From Lytechinus pictus (taxonomy: Eukaryota), in NCBI RefSeq assembly GCF_037042905.1, contig NC_087260.1, positions 24,738,001 through 24,802,000 of the forward strand: 64,000 nt of DNA. The letters are read 5' to 3'. The position numbers and the translations under genes were made by a program. A model generated the notes under the pieces. It saw only the letters and a program-made list of their open reading frames with translations. It was not told the DNA's origin and did no database searches. Positions 13,201 to 25,200 of the stretch are shown here, in pieces (within the stretch, counting starts at the first letter, position 1; the number at the start of each line of letters is the position of its first letter).

Positions 13201-16200
13201 AGGGCCCCATAGGCGCGCGTGTATCGTAGGGACAACCGGTGAATCGACGGAGTGCTCTTCATCGAAATACTACGTTGGTTGGTCCCCGGAAGTGGCGGGC
13301 GGAATTTAGCCCGAATCCTCGATGGAAGTAGATCAAGTGCATATGAGCTGAGAGAGTGAAATATCAGTGTACAGGCCCTTCTACTTTTTATAAATATTTC
13401 TTGTTGCTTTTTTTGTTAAGTTAATTTTTCCTGGTGTAGAGATAAGTTTCAGTTCTAATAATGCACTTCAAATACATTTTGGAGTGTCTGTTTGAGGCGT
13501 TTGGGGCGATTTCACCCTGGCCCCAAAATGCTCGCAATTAACGACAATACGGGGGCATATGATGACCCCTAAATTTTTAAAAACTTATTTTTCTATTGAA
13601 AATTATCACAAAATTCACCAAAAGTGTGCACGAAAGCCTTCGTATTTCACTTTTAAAACTCCAAAAAGTGCCCAAATGACAAGCTTGGTCGCTTCGCTGT
13701 GTCGCTTTCAACTTGAGAAAGTTTACGCGTCTGCTTCCCCCCCCCCGAAAGAAATTCTGTGAACGGGATACGGCCATGCTCTAAAGAGCCTGGCACATTG
13801 ATTTATGTATACTTTCATTTTCATTATTTTTATCTCATTATCATCATGGCCTTACGCAGAATTTTTTCCAGGGGGGCCGGGGCGCGAAATTATTTTTCCC
13901 ACCGAGTTCTGGACCAACATATGAATATTCATGACTTGCGTCTTTGGATTGAGAGTACGCATGCGCGTGGACTTTGCCTCGACCAGTGCCGATCGTAAGC
14001 ATTCACGTTGCTCAGAATGAATTAGCATCACCAAATTACCGGTTCCCTTTCATAGTTACATAGGCCTTATAGGCTTAGATCTATAAATATATATATCCAA
14101 TTCTTAAACACTTATTAAACTAGCTGCCATTAATGGCAAGACATGTGCAAGGGTAGGGCTAGCTTTGGTTAGCGCATTAACTTTACCTCAAATCTGGACC
14201 TGTCTAATGAATCAGTGTTGTAGTGCCTTGATGCTCGGCCTTGGCCTTATGGCGCCTTAATGCCTACTTTTTCAAAGCCTTGGCCTTGAGGATTTTGAGC
14301 CTTGAAATTTTAAGGCTTTAAGGCATTTTCAAGGCTTTTTCAAGGCATTTTGTATTTTGTACTTTCATTTGTTTTAAATAAGTAACTATAAATGTTTCAA
14401 TTGTTTTTTTAATATATTTAGTGACACTTATGCTCGATACTACCAATTACCATTAACAGTAGCAGAAGCAGTAGTAAGTGTATAGCAGTGTCATCAATTG
14501 TAATTGTCACCATTATCAAGAAATTCAAACAAATAATACATCAGTTATGAAAAATATCATTATGTGTTGGTAATGTGTTGTAATCATATGTTGATAATGA
14601 CAGTAAATAATAATGGTCATGATCAAGATAATAGTGCTTTGATGACAAGAATAATTTTTACATCTGACTGCAATTTTGACAACAATTTTCATACTTTTAA
14701 CATAGCTAACTCTAAAGAACGATAACAAGGTTGATTTCTATTCCATTAGGATTTTCCTTGTATTATTTTCTTTGGCCAACAAGAATGTTTTAAGTCTTAA
14801 TGATATTCTGAAAAGATTTGGTAAACTTGAACACAGTCTCAAATTTTATCATATCCAAATGGGTTATGTCAATGGCATGATGAGCCAGAAACTTTGAGGG
14901 GCCAAGCATGGCATATAGAGCAAAATTTCTGTCAAAAAAAGAAGAAAGCGATTGAAGCGAGCGAGTGAACAAAATTTGTACCCTTCTTTCTATAAAAAAA
15001 GCTAATTTTGCAATAGATTATTTAAAAAATAATATCACATTTACTCCATCTTTTCCTTTCCCTCCCCTCCCCCTTGTCTAAGTTTATTCTAAGTGGTGGG
15101 ACTTCTTCTTCTCTCTATCTCTCTTCTAAATTTTATTATTTGTTTTGGGTCAGATTGACAAAACAAAGGGGGAAAAAATGTTAACTTCTTTTTAATCATA
15201 TATCGTCCAACACTGAATCTCATTTCTCTACAGTGTCAAGAAAATAAACAACGTATTTGTTTTTGTGTCAATATGGTTTCAAGAAATAATAATTAACAAA
15301 AAATAATTAATATTATCAATAAATATTAATAATTAATGATTAATTAACTGTTTAATAAAAGTGGTTGTAAGCAGAAAAAAATATGAAAACTGACAAGAGT
15401 CCTAAAAATGACTCATTTTCAGTTTAAGCATTTGAAAATTTTAACTTGCGCTTTGTGCTTTCTTGCTCCCCCCAAAAGAAAAAATCCCCGTAGGATTTTT
15501 TTTTCCAAATGAAATATGCCCTTTTTAAAAAAGAAATACCCTCTTTGATAATAAAACATAATACATTTTAGGTTCGAAAATCACAGATTTTGAATCGTGC
15601 TTGCATCAATTATTGTTTAGTACAAAGTACTAATGGTTACAAAAATGTATAGAATGTTGCTTTATGGTTGAAATATCACAAATTTTTGGCTCGCTTCCTG
15701 CACTCGCATCATATTGTACTCGTTCTCTTCCCGTTCACAAAAAAATGCTTAGAATGTCCAGTTTTCAGGTTGGAATGTCATAAATTTTTGAGCTCGCGCT
15801 TTGCGCTCGCACTAGTTTTATTGGTGAGTTATGTATCTTATTTAAAATGCAGTAATTAACTGCTTCATTTACTGGTCAGTATATAAAAAAACAAGCGAGC
15901 GCAAAGTTATTTTTTAGTTAGATACACATCTTTTTCATGATTATAAAACCAGTTCAGAATAAAATAATTTCCATGTCTTATTACACGACATGTCAAGAAG
16001 TTTGAGCTGGCGATTCGCGCTGGCAACATTGCGCAAGGCAATAGCCCCATAATTGACCATAAATCAAGTTTTACAACTTCAGAATTGATTTTTTTTTCAA
16101 AACCGCTTGCTCGCTATGCTTTCTCGCTGAAAAGTAAAACCTAAATCACTTTAGAAAGCCTTTGCTCAACTTAATTTCTACAAAACACACAATTACTTCA

Positions 16201-19200
16201 CGCAGTTCATAATCTCATTTTGAAAATACATGTATCTGTTTGCACAAAAAAACTCATTTTGAAAATGGGTGCATTTTTGTTCTCTTCCCGTTCACAAAAA
16301 AAAATGCTTAGAATGTCCAGTTTTCAGGTTGGATTGTCACACATTTTTGCAATGTAAATCGCCTAAAGACAAATTATGGATTATGTGTACACAGGTAACT
16401 ATATCATTATTTTAATATTTCTCTATAATGAAATTATTTTTGTTTTAAATGTACAAAGGTTAAATTTTTTTCTCGCTCAGTCCCCTCGCTCACATACATT
16501 TTACCATGTGTGATGTCTGCCGCCTAAGTATTGTTAGATCATTGTTCTGTATATCGTAAGTTTGAAATGCCTTGGCCTTGAGGTTTTCAGGCCTTGGCCT
16601 TGGGTCTCCATGCATTGGCCTTGACCTTTGGTATTGAAGCCTTGGCGTTGGGTATTAAAGCGTTGGCCTTAGAGATTTGAGCCTTCACTACAACACTGAA
16701 TAGCCGACTAATGCAATGGTTAACTTCGAACTGGTTAATTCCGAACTTCACGTTTAATTAGGTTTAGACAAATTAGCTTATTTGCCCTGGTTTGATATGT
16801 CTAGTCCGTATACAAAACCAGTCCTAGATCTAAAAAAAATTATCTTAGTTCTAGTCTATTCTCTAGATCAAGACTCTGATCTATACGCTGTATCAGCATG
16901 GAACCACTAGTGTACCAAGGGGGGGGGGGCAGACTGCCCCTCTGACGAGTCACAACTGATTCAGGGGACGTGCCCCCTTTGAGAAGCCAAATTAATAATT
17001 TGTAATGTAAAAGTGCAATGAAAAAGACGTATATATCCCCTTTTTTGAACGTGAAGATTTTTCTTTGCTTGTCAATTTTTTTTTCAGCTAAGAAATCCAT
17101 AATTTGGGGTGAAGACCCTTTTTTTTTGGGGGGGGGGGCTTGTCACATTTTTTCGCGGACGAAATATCCTCTAAAAAATTTGCCCCCTTTTGGAAAATCC
17201 TAGGTACACCAGTGCGTGCATGGAACGTATTCTAACATCAGACACAAATTAACGTCAGTGATCTTGATCCCCGTCTTCACCCAAAATTAAGGATTTCGTA
17301 GCTGAAAAAAATTTGACAAGCAAAAAAAAAGATCTTCACGTTCAAAAGAGGGGACATACGTCTTTTTTCGTTGCATTTTGACATTAGAAATTATTAATTT
17401 GGCTTCTCAAAGGGGGGGGGGTACGTCCCCTGGATGAGTTGTGACTCCTCGGGGGGCAGTCTGCCCCCCCCCCCTTTGGTACATTAGTGGTTCCATGTTG
17501 ATAGCGCCTAGATCACAGTCTAGATCTAGAGACTAGACTAGAACTAAGATATTTTTTTTAGATCTAGGACTGGTTCTGTATACGGACTAGACATATTAAA
17601 CCATGGTAAATAAGCTAATATTGGTCCAAACCTAATCAAACGTAAAGTTCGTAATTAACCAGTTCGAAGTTAACCATGGCATTAGTCGGCTATTCCTATT
17701 AGTATTAGGCATTAAACAGGTCCAGATTTGAGGTAAAGTTAATGCGCAAAACTAAGCTAGCCCTACCCTAGCACATGTCTTGCCATTAATGGCAGCTAGT
17801 TTGATAAGTGTTTAAGAATTGGATGTATATATAGATCTAAGCCTATAAGGCCTATGTAACTATGTAAGGGTACCGGTAATTTGACGATGCTATTCTGAGC
17901 AACGTGAATGCTTACGATCGGCACTGGTCGAGGCCAAGTCCACGCGCATGCGTACTCTCAATCCGAAGACGCAATCATGAATATTCATATGTCGGTCCAG
18001 AACTCGGTGGGAAAAATAATTTCGCGGCCGGGGCCGGAGCATGACGCGCGTAAACTTTCTCAAAAAAATCTTGAAAGCGAGACAGCCACGGGACCAAGCC
18101 CAAATGACAAGCTTGGTCGCTTCGCTGTCTCGCTTTCATTCAACTTGAGAACGTTTACGCGCGTCTGCCCCCACCCCCGAAAGAAATTTTGTGAACGGCC
18201 ATGCTCAAAAGAGCATATGGCACATTGATTTATATGTACTTTTCATTTTCATAATTTTTATCACATTATCATCATGGCCTTACACAGAATTTTTACCGGG
18301 GGGGGGGGTTAGCAGCTAGGACGCGCGTAAAGTTTCTCAAAAAAATCTTGAAAGCGAGACAGCGACGCGACCAAGCTCAAATGACAAGCTTGGTCGCTTC
18401 GCTTTTTCAAGATTTTTATGAGAAAGTTTACGCGCGTCCTGCTCCCCCCCCCAGAAAAAAATATGCGTAAGGCCATGATGATAATGTGATAAAAATTATG
18501 AAAATGAAAAGTACATATAAATCAATGTGCCATATGCTCTTTTGAGCATGGCCGTTCACAGAATTTCTTTCGGGGGGTGGGGGCAGACGCGCGTAAACGT
18601 TCTCAAGTTGAAAGCGAGACAGCGAAGCGACCAAGCTTGTCATTTGGGCTTGGTCCCGTGGCTGTCTCGCTTTCAAGATTTTTTTGAGAAAGTTTACGCG
18701 CGTCATGCTCCGGCCCCGGCCCCCCTGGAAAAAATTCTGCGTAAGGCCATGATGATAATGAGATAAAAATAATGAAAATGAAAGTATACATAAATCAATG
18801 TGCCAGGCTCTTTAGAGCATGGCCGTATGCAGAATTTCTTTCGGAGGAGGGGGGGGGAGGGAAGCTAGCAGACGCGTAAACTTTCTCAAGTTGAAAGCGA
18901 CACAGCGAAGCGACCAAGCTTGTCATTTGGGCACTTTTTGGAGTTTTAAAAGTGAAATACGACGGCTTTCGTGCACACTTTTGGTGAATTTTGTGATAAT
19001 TTTCAATAGAAAAATAAGTTTTTAAAAATTTAGGGGTCATCATGCCCCCGTATTGTCGTTAATTGCGAGCATTTTGGGGCCAGGGTGAAATCGCCCCAAA
19101 CGCCTCAAACAGACACTCCAAAATGAATTTGAAGTGCATTATTAGAACTGAAACTTATCTCTACACCAGGAAAAATTAACTTAACAAAAAAAGCAACAAG

Positions 19201-22200
19201 AAATATTTATAAAAAGTAGAAGGGCCTGTACACTGATATTTCACTCTCTCAGCTCATATGCACTTGATCTACTTCCATCGAGGATTCGGGCTAAATTCCG
19301 CCCGCCACTTCCGGGGACCAACTAGCCTCTTGTCGAGGCCCTGTCGGCTGCTTTCCGAGCGAACATGGCAAAGCAAGGGAGAGAGCGAAGCAGAGCGCCG
19401 CGAGACAGGGCCTCTGGACATCTGACCCGAATTTCACCGACTTTCTTTTGTTTTTTATTGTTTTTACCAATTCACCGACCAAAAACTGGTCGGTGAAAAT
19501 CATCCAATGAGAGCGCGAGCTGCTATGACGTCATATTAAATATTCATGAGCTCATCTTGAATGGCGACCCTTGGATTCCGGCGAAGATCGAGTGACGACG
19601 AAATATCAAAGAGCGCTGAATATGACTCTAAAATGCTGAATATTGACCGATTTAAGGATTTGCAGGTCGATGAAATTAACTCTGCACTGAAAGGACGAGA
19701 TGTCTTTGTAAATCTACCCACAGGATATGGAAAAATGTAATATTTCATGCGATTCCACCGGTCGAACCGGGGCGTCGATTATCGATCTCCGCTGTGCAGT
19801 GCAGTGAGTGAGGGAAGCTGGGGTGGAGTTGTTGGGAGTTGACTGGTTGACTCGTGTCTGACCAGCGGCTGAGCAGTATCTCCCGGGAAGTTTCGGGGCG
19901 GTGATGGGTCTGTTACGGCCAGTAGTAGTAGTAGTAGTAGTAGTACCACTATTTGTAGCATTTTGCTGGTTATATCCCCTTTAGTGTCCCGCAATTAAAT
20001 GAATCCCCTGCAGAATAATGGACTACTATACTATATAGTATTCCGAACCCAAAACGAAACAGCTCTGACATTTCATTGGTTTACTCGGTGACCGGTAATA
20101 TCATGACTCATGTATATTCATTAGGAAGACGTTCCTCATGAATATATAATTCAGTTCAGATGTCAAGAGGCCTCGCGCCAGGCCTAATTCGCTTCGCGAA
20201 TTAGGGAATCCCTCGCTTCGCTCGGGAAGCAGCCGCCAGGGCCTCGACAAGAGGCTAGGGACCAACCAACGTAGTATTTCGATGAAGAGCACTCCGTCGA
20301 TTCACCGGTTGTCCCTACGATACACGCGCGCCTATGGGGCCCTATGGGGATTGTGAACTGTAGGAAAAATCGTATAAAATTACACTTTTTGATATTTCTA
20401 CGAAGACGAAGTTATATAGAAAATGAAGAATATTAAAATCAGACCATATCCCTAGAAAATTGCTTCAAGAAATGTCATTATGAAGAGGAAATGGACAAAA
20501 ATTTGTGAAGAAAAATCACGAAAAAGGAAATCGCATCATGAATATTCATATCATGGGCGGTCCCACATTTGCATGTTATAGCGAGTTTTCCATTATTTAA
20601 TAAATAATGGCATTATATAATAAATAATGGCATTATTTAATAAATAATGGTTATTTGTATATAAATAATGATTATTTGTATATAATGGCAAACTGTAAAA
20701 ATTGTTTATAAATAATGATTATTTATAAATAATGGGATATTGAAACTAAATTATTATTTATAAATAATGAAGTAGATATTTCATTATTTAACAAATAATC
20801 TTTATTTATAAATAATGGAAAACTCGAACATTAAATAATGATTATTTATAAATAATGAGAATAATGGTGCACTCGAAAAAATTATTTATAAATAATGAAG
20901 TAGACGTTTTCATTATTTAACAAATAATCATTATTTATAAATAATGGAAAACTCAACAAATTATTTATAAATAAAGAAATGTGCACTGGCATTGATAATA
21001 AATAATTATTATTTATAAATAATAGAAAACTTATTTATAAATAACGGAAAAACGAATTGCAATTATTTATAAATAATGAAGTATGTAGTGTCATTATTTA
21101 TAGATAATATAAAAACAAATAATCATTATTTATAAATAATGAAAAACAAATAATCATTATTTATAAATAATGAAAAACAAATAATCATTATTTATAAATA
21201 ATGAAAAACAAATAATCATTATTTGTAAATAATGAAAAACAAATAATCATTATTTATAAATAATGAAAAACAAATAATCATTATTTATAAATAATGAAAA
21301 ACAAATAATCATTATTTATAAATAATGGAATGTCGAACTATTATTATTTACAAATAATGAAGTATTACTTGGAATTATATATAAATAATTAGAAATGATA
21401 TTCTATATAATAGTAGTTATTTACAAATAAATGTAAATTATATATAAATAACAGTTATTATTTAATAAATAATGATTATATAACAAATAATTGTTCTATA
21501 TAATATTGGTACATTCGGCGCCTCATAATAACGGCGGGTTTTTGTGACATAAAAACACAATGAGACGCATTATCAGTGATCAGTGGCGTACCCAGGATTT
21601 TCCAAAGAAGGGGCAAATTAGTCCGCTAAAATAATTGACAAGCCAAAACAAAAAATAAAGAGGTCTCCAACCACAAATAAAGGACATTCCGTACCAGAAT
21701 AAAACAATTGACAAGCAAAAAGAAACAAAGGTCTTCAACCGCAAATAAGGGACATCTGGGATCAGTTGTGACTCGTCAGGGGGGGGGGGCAGGGTTACGT
21801 CCCTTGCATTAGTTGTGACTCGTCAGGGGGTGGGGCAGTCTGCCCCCCCTTAGGTTCGCTAGTGTCAGTGATTTAGAGAAAATCGCACCCTGTAGAGCAT
21901 TTCAAGTCAACAATTTTAACTGATAATTGTTAGAAGCTTGCATCTGACTGGTCGGAGTAAATTTCCATTAGTATAAATCACTACATGAAACACGCCCCTA
22001 TCTACCTTTCCTTCCGAATAAAGATAGACATCTTTGCTTATCATCATGTATTGCTACTTTAGATCAACGCATTAACCAAACACTGTATAATCAGGTATAA
22101 TCACAGTTCAATAAACAATACAGTAATATGCCCCTTCCATGCCTCAATCCTGCCACAGCAAATCACACAATTAGTTTTTTAATTTTGACTTGCACTTATC

Positions 22201-25200
22201 CTGACTAGTAAACGATTTGATTATTATTATTGTAATCATTAAAATTATTTTGATTATCATATACGATTACTGTTAATATTATCATAGATATGATTCTATC
22301 ATCATGATTTTTATAATTATACTTATTTAATATCATTCTATTTTTGTTTTCGTTGCTTTTTTCCCCTTTTACTTTTCCGTTTTCATTATTATTCAAAAAG
22401 AAAATCAAGGAAGAAGAGGGACATCTGTTAAACCGTCAGGTACATCCTAGAAGATGTTTTGCCCTTGAACCTGAATCAAGCGACCTACAGATAGAATGCA
22501 ATGGAAGAAAGATGGTAATTTATATTCAGGATTTCATTTTTTTTTCCTCGTTCAGAGGTACTTTATTCTTCATATTCCTTTCTCATTTTAACAATTCCTT
22601 CCGAGGCACATTGAGTTACAAAACAGGTTACATATAAACATGTAATATACATCAGCTGTTTAATCTAAAATGGAATAAAGATGAAATTTCTCTGTAACGT
22701 TTTAGCTCTTCGAACATTTGAATTAAATGAACATTGGATTTAAATCGCCATTTTACATAAAAAAGTATCTCTTTCTTGAACTCATACCAAATTGAATGTA
22801 TATTAAAAGCTTTTCCTTGCATATTATACATGACATATGATTTGTATATTGCATACTGTGCAAATATCATAAACAAATTCGCATACATTCGTAATTTTGA
22901 AGCTTCGTTATTCCGAAGGTTCGGATATTCCGAAGGTTCGTTATTCTGAAGGTTCGTATTTCTGAAGGTTCGTAATTCCGAAGTTTCGTAAGTCCGAAAA
23001 CGAAATGAGGTTCGTCATTCCGAGGTTTCGTTAGTCAGAAAACAAAGTAAGGTTCGTAATTCCGAAGGTTCGTTAGTCCGAAATTGTAATGATTAACGAA
23101 CTTTATTTCGTTTTCGGATTAACGAACCTTCGGAACAACGAACCTTATTTCGTTTTCGGACTAACGAACCTTCGGAACATCGAACCTTATTTCTTTTTCG
23201 GATTATCGAACCTTCGGAATAACGCCACAAATGTTCGGATTAACGAACCCTTTGACGTTTTCGGATTAACGAACATCGAGGTATAGGCAATTTACGTGTT
23301 TCGGAATTACGGACCTTCGGAATAAAGAACCTTCGGAATTACGAACCTTCGGAATTACGAAGTGTAACCAACAAATTAACCAACGTAAACTTGTGATCTT
23401 GAATTTTGTATCCAATGAACAACGTCGTTTCGGTAATAGGAATTGTCATTTTAAACATAAATTGCAGAGAATTCTTTATCTTTATCCAAAAATTGGCAAC
23501 AGGATTACATTCTAACATAATATGAACAAAAGTTTCGTCTGCTTCACAGAACACACAATATGTGTCATTAGCTAATTTCCAACGACATTAATTGATTTCA
23601 TTATTCATTATCTGCATCTTATTTTTCATTCTCTAAAAAGAAAACTCCAACTATGTTTAAGTTGATGCAATACATGTTTTATTATATATAAGAGAAAAAG
23701 GGTACACAACAAACCATTTCTTTTCGCTGTTTAGTTCCTTTTATTTATTGTTTATTTCGTTTTATTTAGTATTAATTTTATTCATACGCCTTAGGAATCA
23801 TACAATGTCGCAAGATGAAATTTATATCAAAATTCAGTTAAATTCCTTGATTTATATTATCTTTATTTTGTTAAAAGTTGAGTCCGGTATATTTTGAAGA
23901 GATAACAATGGTTAACAAACTTTTTATAATATTTCATACAGTTTGCTTGTCTTAAAGTTCTCTGTAGATCTGCATTACATACAGTGTATATATGATTAAG
24001 ATTTAAACGATAAAATACGAGTTAAGTATCGTTAATATTTAGCACAATTTGAGCACAAATTCAAACGGATATTGTCTATACCCGTTGATTTTAAACATGT
24101 GTTTTCCAGATCATATCTGCCAAAGAGCTATTCAACCGACAGGAGACTCTTGTTTCGATGCCCATTACGACTGAACCCAATACCAGAATGCAAATGATTA
24201 ACATCTCAATCTCAACAAAAGAAAATGAAGATCCAATGACGAGCATGGCGTTTATGGCGATACGAACAGGTTTCAAACATTCTCTTTTCCTCTTTCTGTA
24301 CCCACAGTACTTATTCCTTACGATTAATTGTTTTCCAAACCTTAGACAGGTTTTAAAGAAATTTCATAAGGCTTTAAAGAATAAAAATAAGCCTTTTATT
24401 ATGAACCCAGTCCTGCGTTCCTTTTTTTCTCTTTACTCTCGTCAGTAGCGGACTGTGATCCGGAGGAAACAAAGCATTGGGGGGGGGGGGGGCACTGCAT
24501 TGTCTGTGAACAATGCTGTGCCCCCCCCCCCAATGCTTTGTCTCCTCCGGGTCACGGTCTGCCACTGACTCTCGTTCTCATGTTAACAAAGAAATTCACT
24601 ATTGTAGGATCACTAATGCCAAGGTAGTTTGGATAAACCCTGTTATGAAAGGTAGACACTTTTTACCTTAAGAATCCCCCCCCTCTTGCTTTACCTCTAT
24701 GTTATTAAGATATTAACCTTTCTGATGAATTTGTTCTTCCTTTAGATTTCTCTACTGACAGGCACTCATCACTTGATGAGATAATCAGCGCTACAGATTC
24801 TGAGAGCAGGTAAAAATAGAAATAGTTGTAGACATTTTAGCAGATCATTATAAATCATATACCAACATATGTAAAATGAATGAGACAATTGATATTTTTA
24901 CGGAGAAAAATAAACTTTGCATACAAATTAAAATTGTTAGCCTGAAGCATACTTAGTAATAACAACATATACAACCATATAACCTATTGCATTATGATCA
25001 GGAAAGAATGAAATAATGTAGAGCCTAGGCGATCGATATATTTAAAGTTTAATATGATTAGAAAAGCAATATCAGTAAAAATATTAACTTATTTGATATT
25101 TTCTTCAATCGCTGACCCATTCACTGCTGTATGCCGCATTGTATCTAGGTAAATAAGTGTGCGTAATGTTTCACGCCTGTAAATTATAATTTTACTCGAT

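Larger units (their letters stand above)
11937..21527. mobile_element. 9.6-kb palindromic (foldback) non-autonomous DNA transposon, IS3EU-like ends
   Basis: Ends TATGAGGCGCCGAATGTACC / GGTACATTCGGCGCCTCATA; 6-bp TSD ATAACG at 11931-11936 and 21528-21533; arms are inverted copies up to a spacer at about 17117-17272. Confidence 0.9.

Noticed and set aside
13559-19043. Duplicated short ORFs (MMTPKFLKTYF..., GPEHDARKLSQ...)
   Set aside because: Products of the inverted repeat; no protein motifs.
19921-20030. (AGT)n run resembling a Polinton terminus
   Set aside because: No matching long TIR or Polinton genes; treated as a microsatellite.
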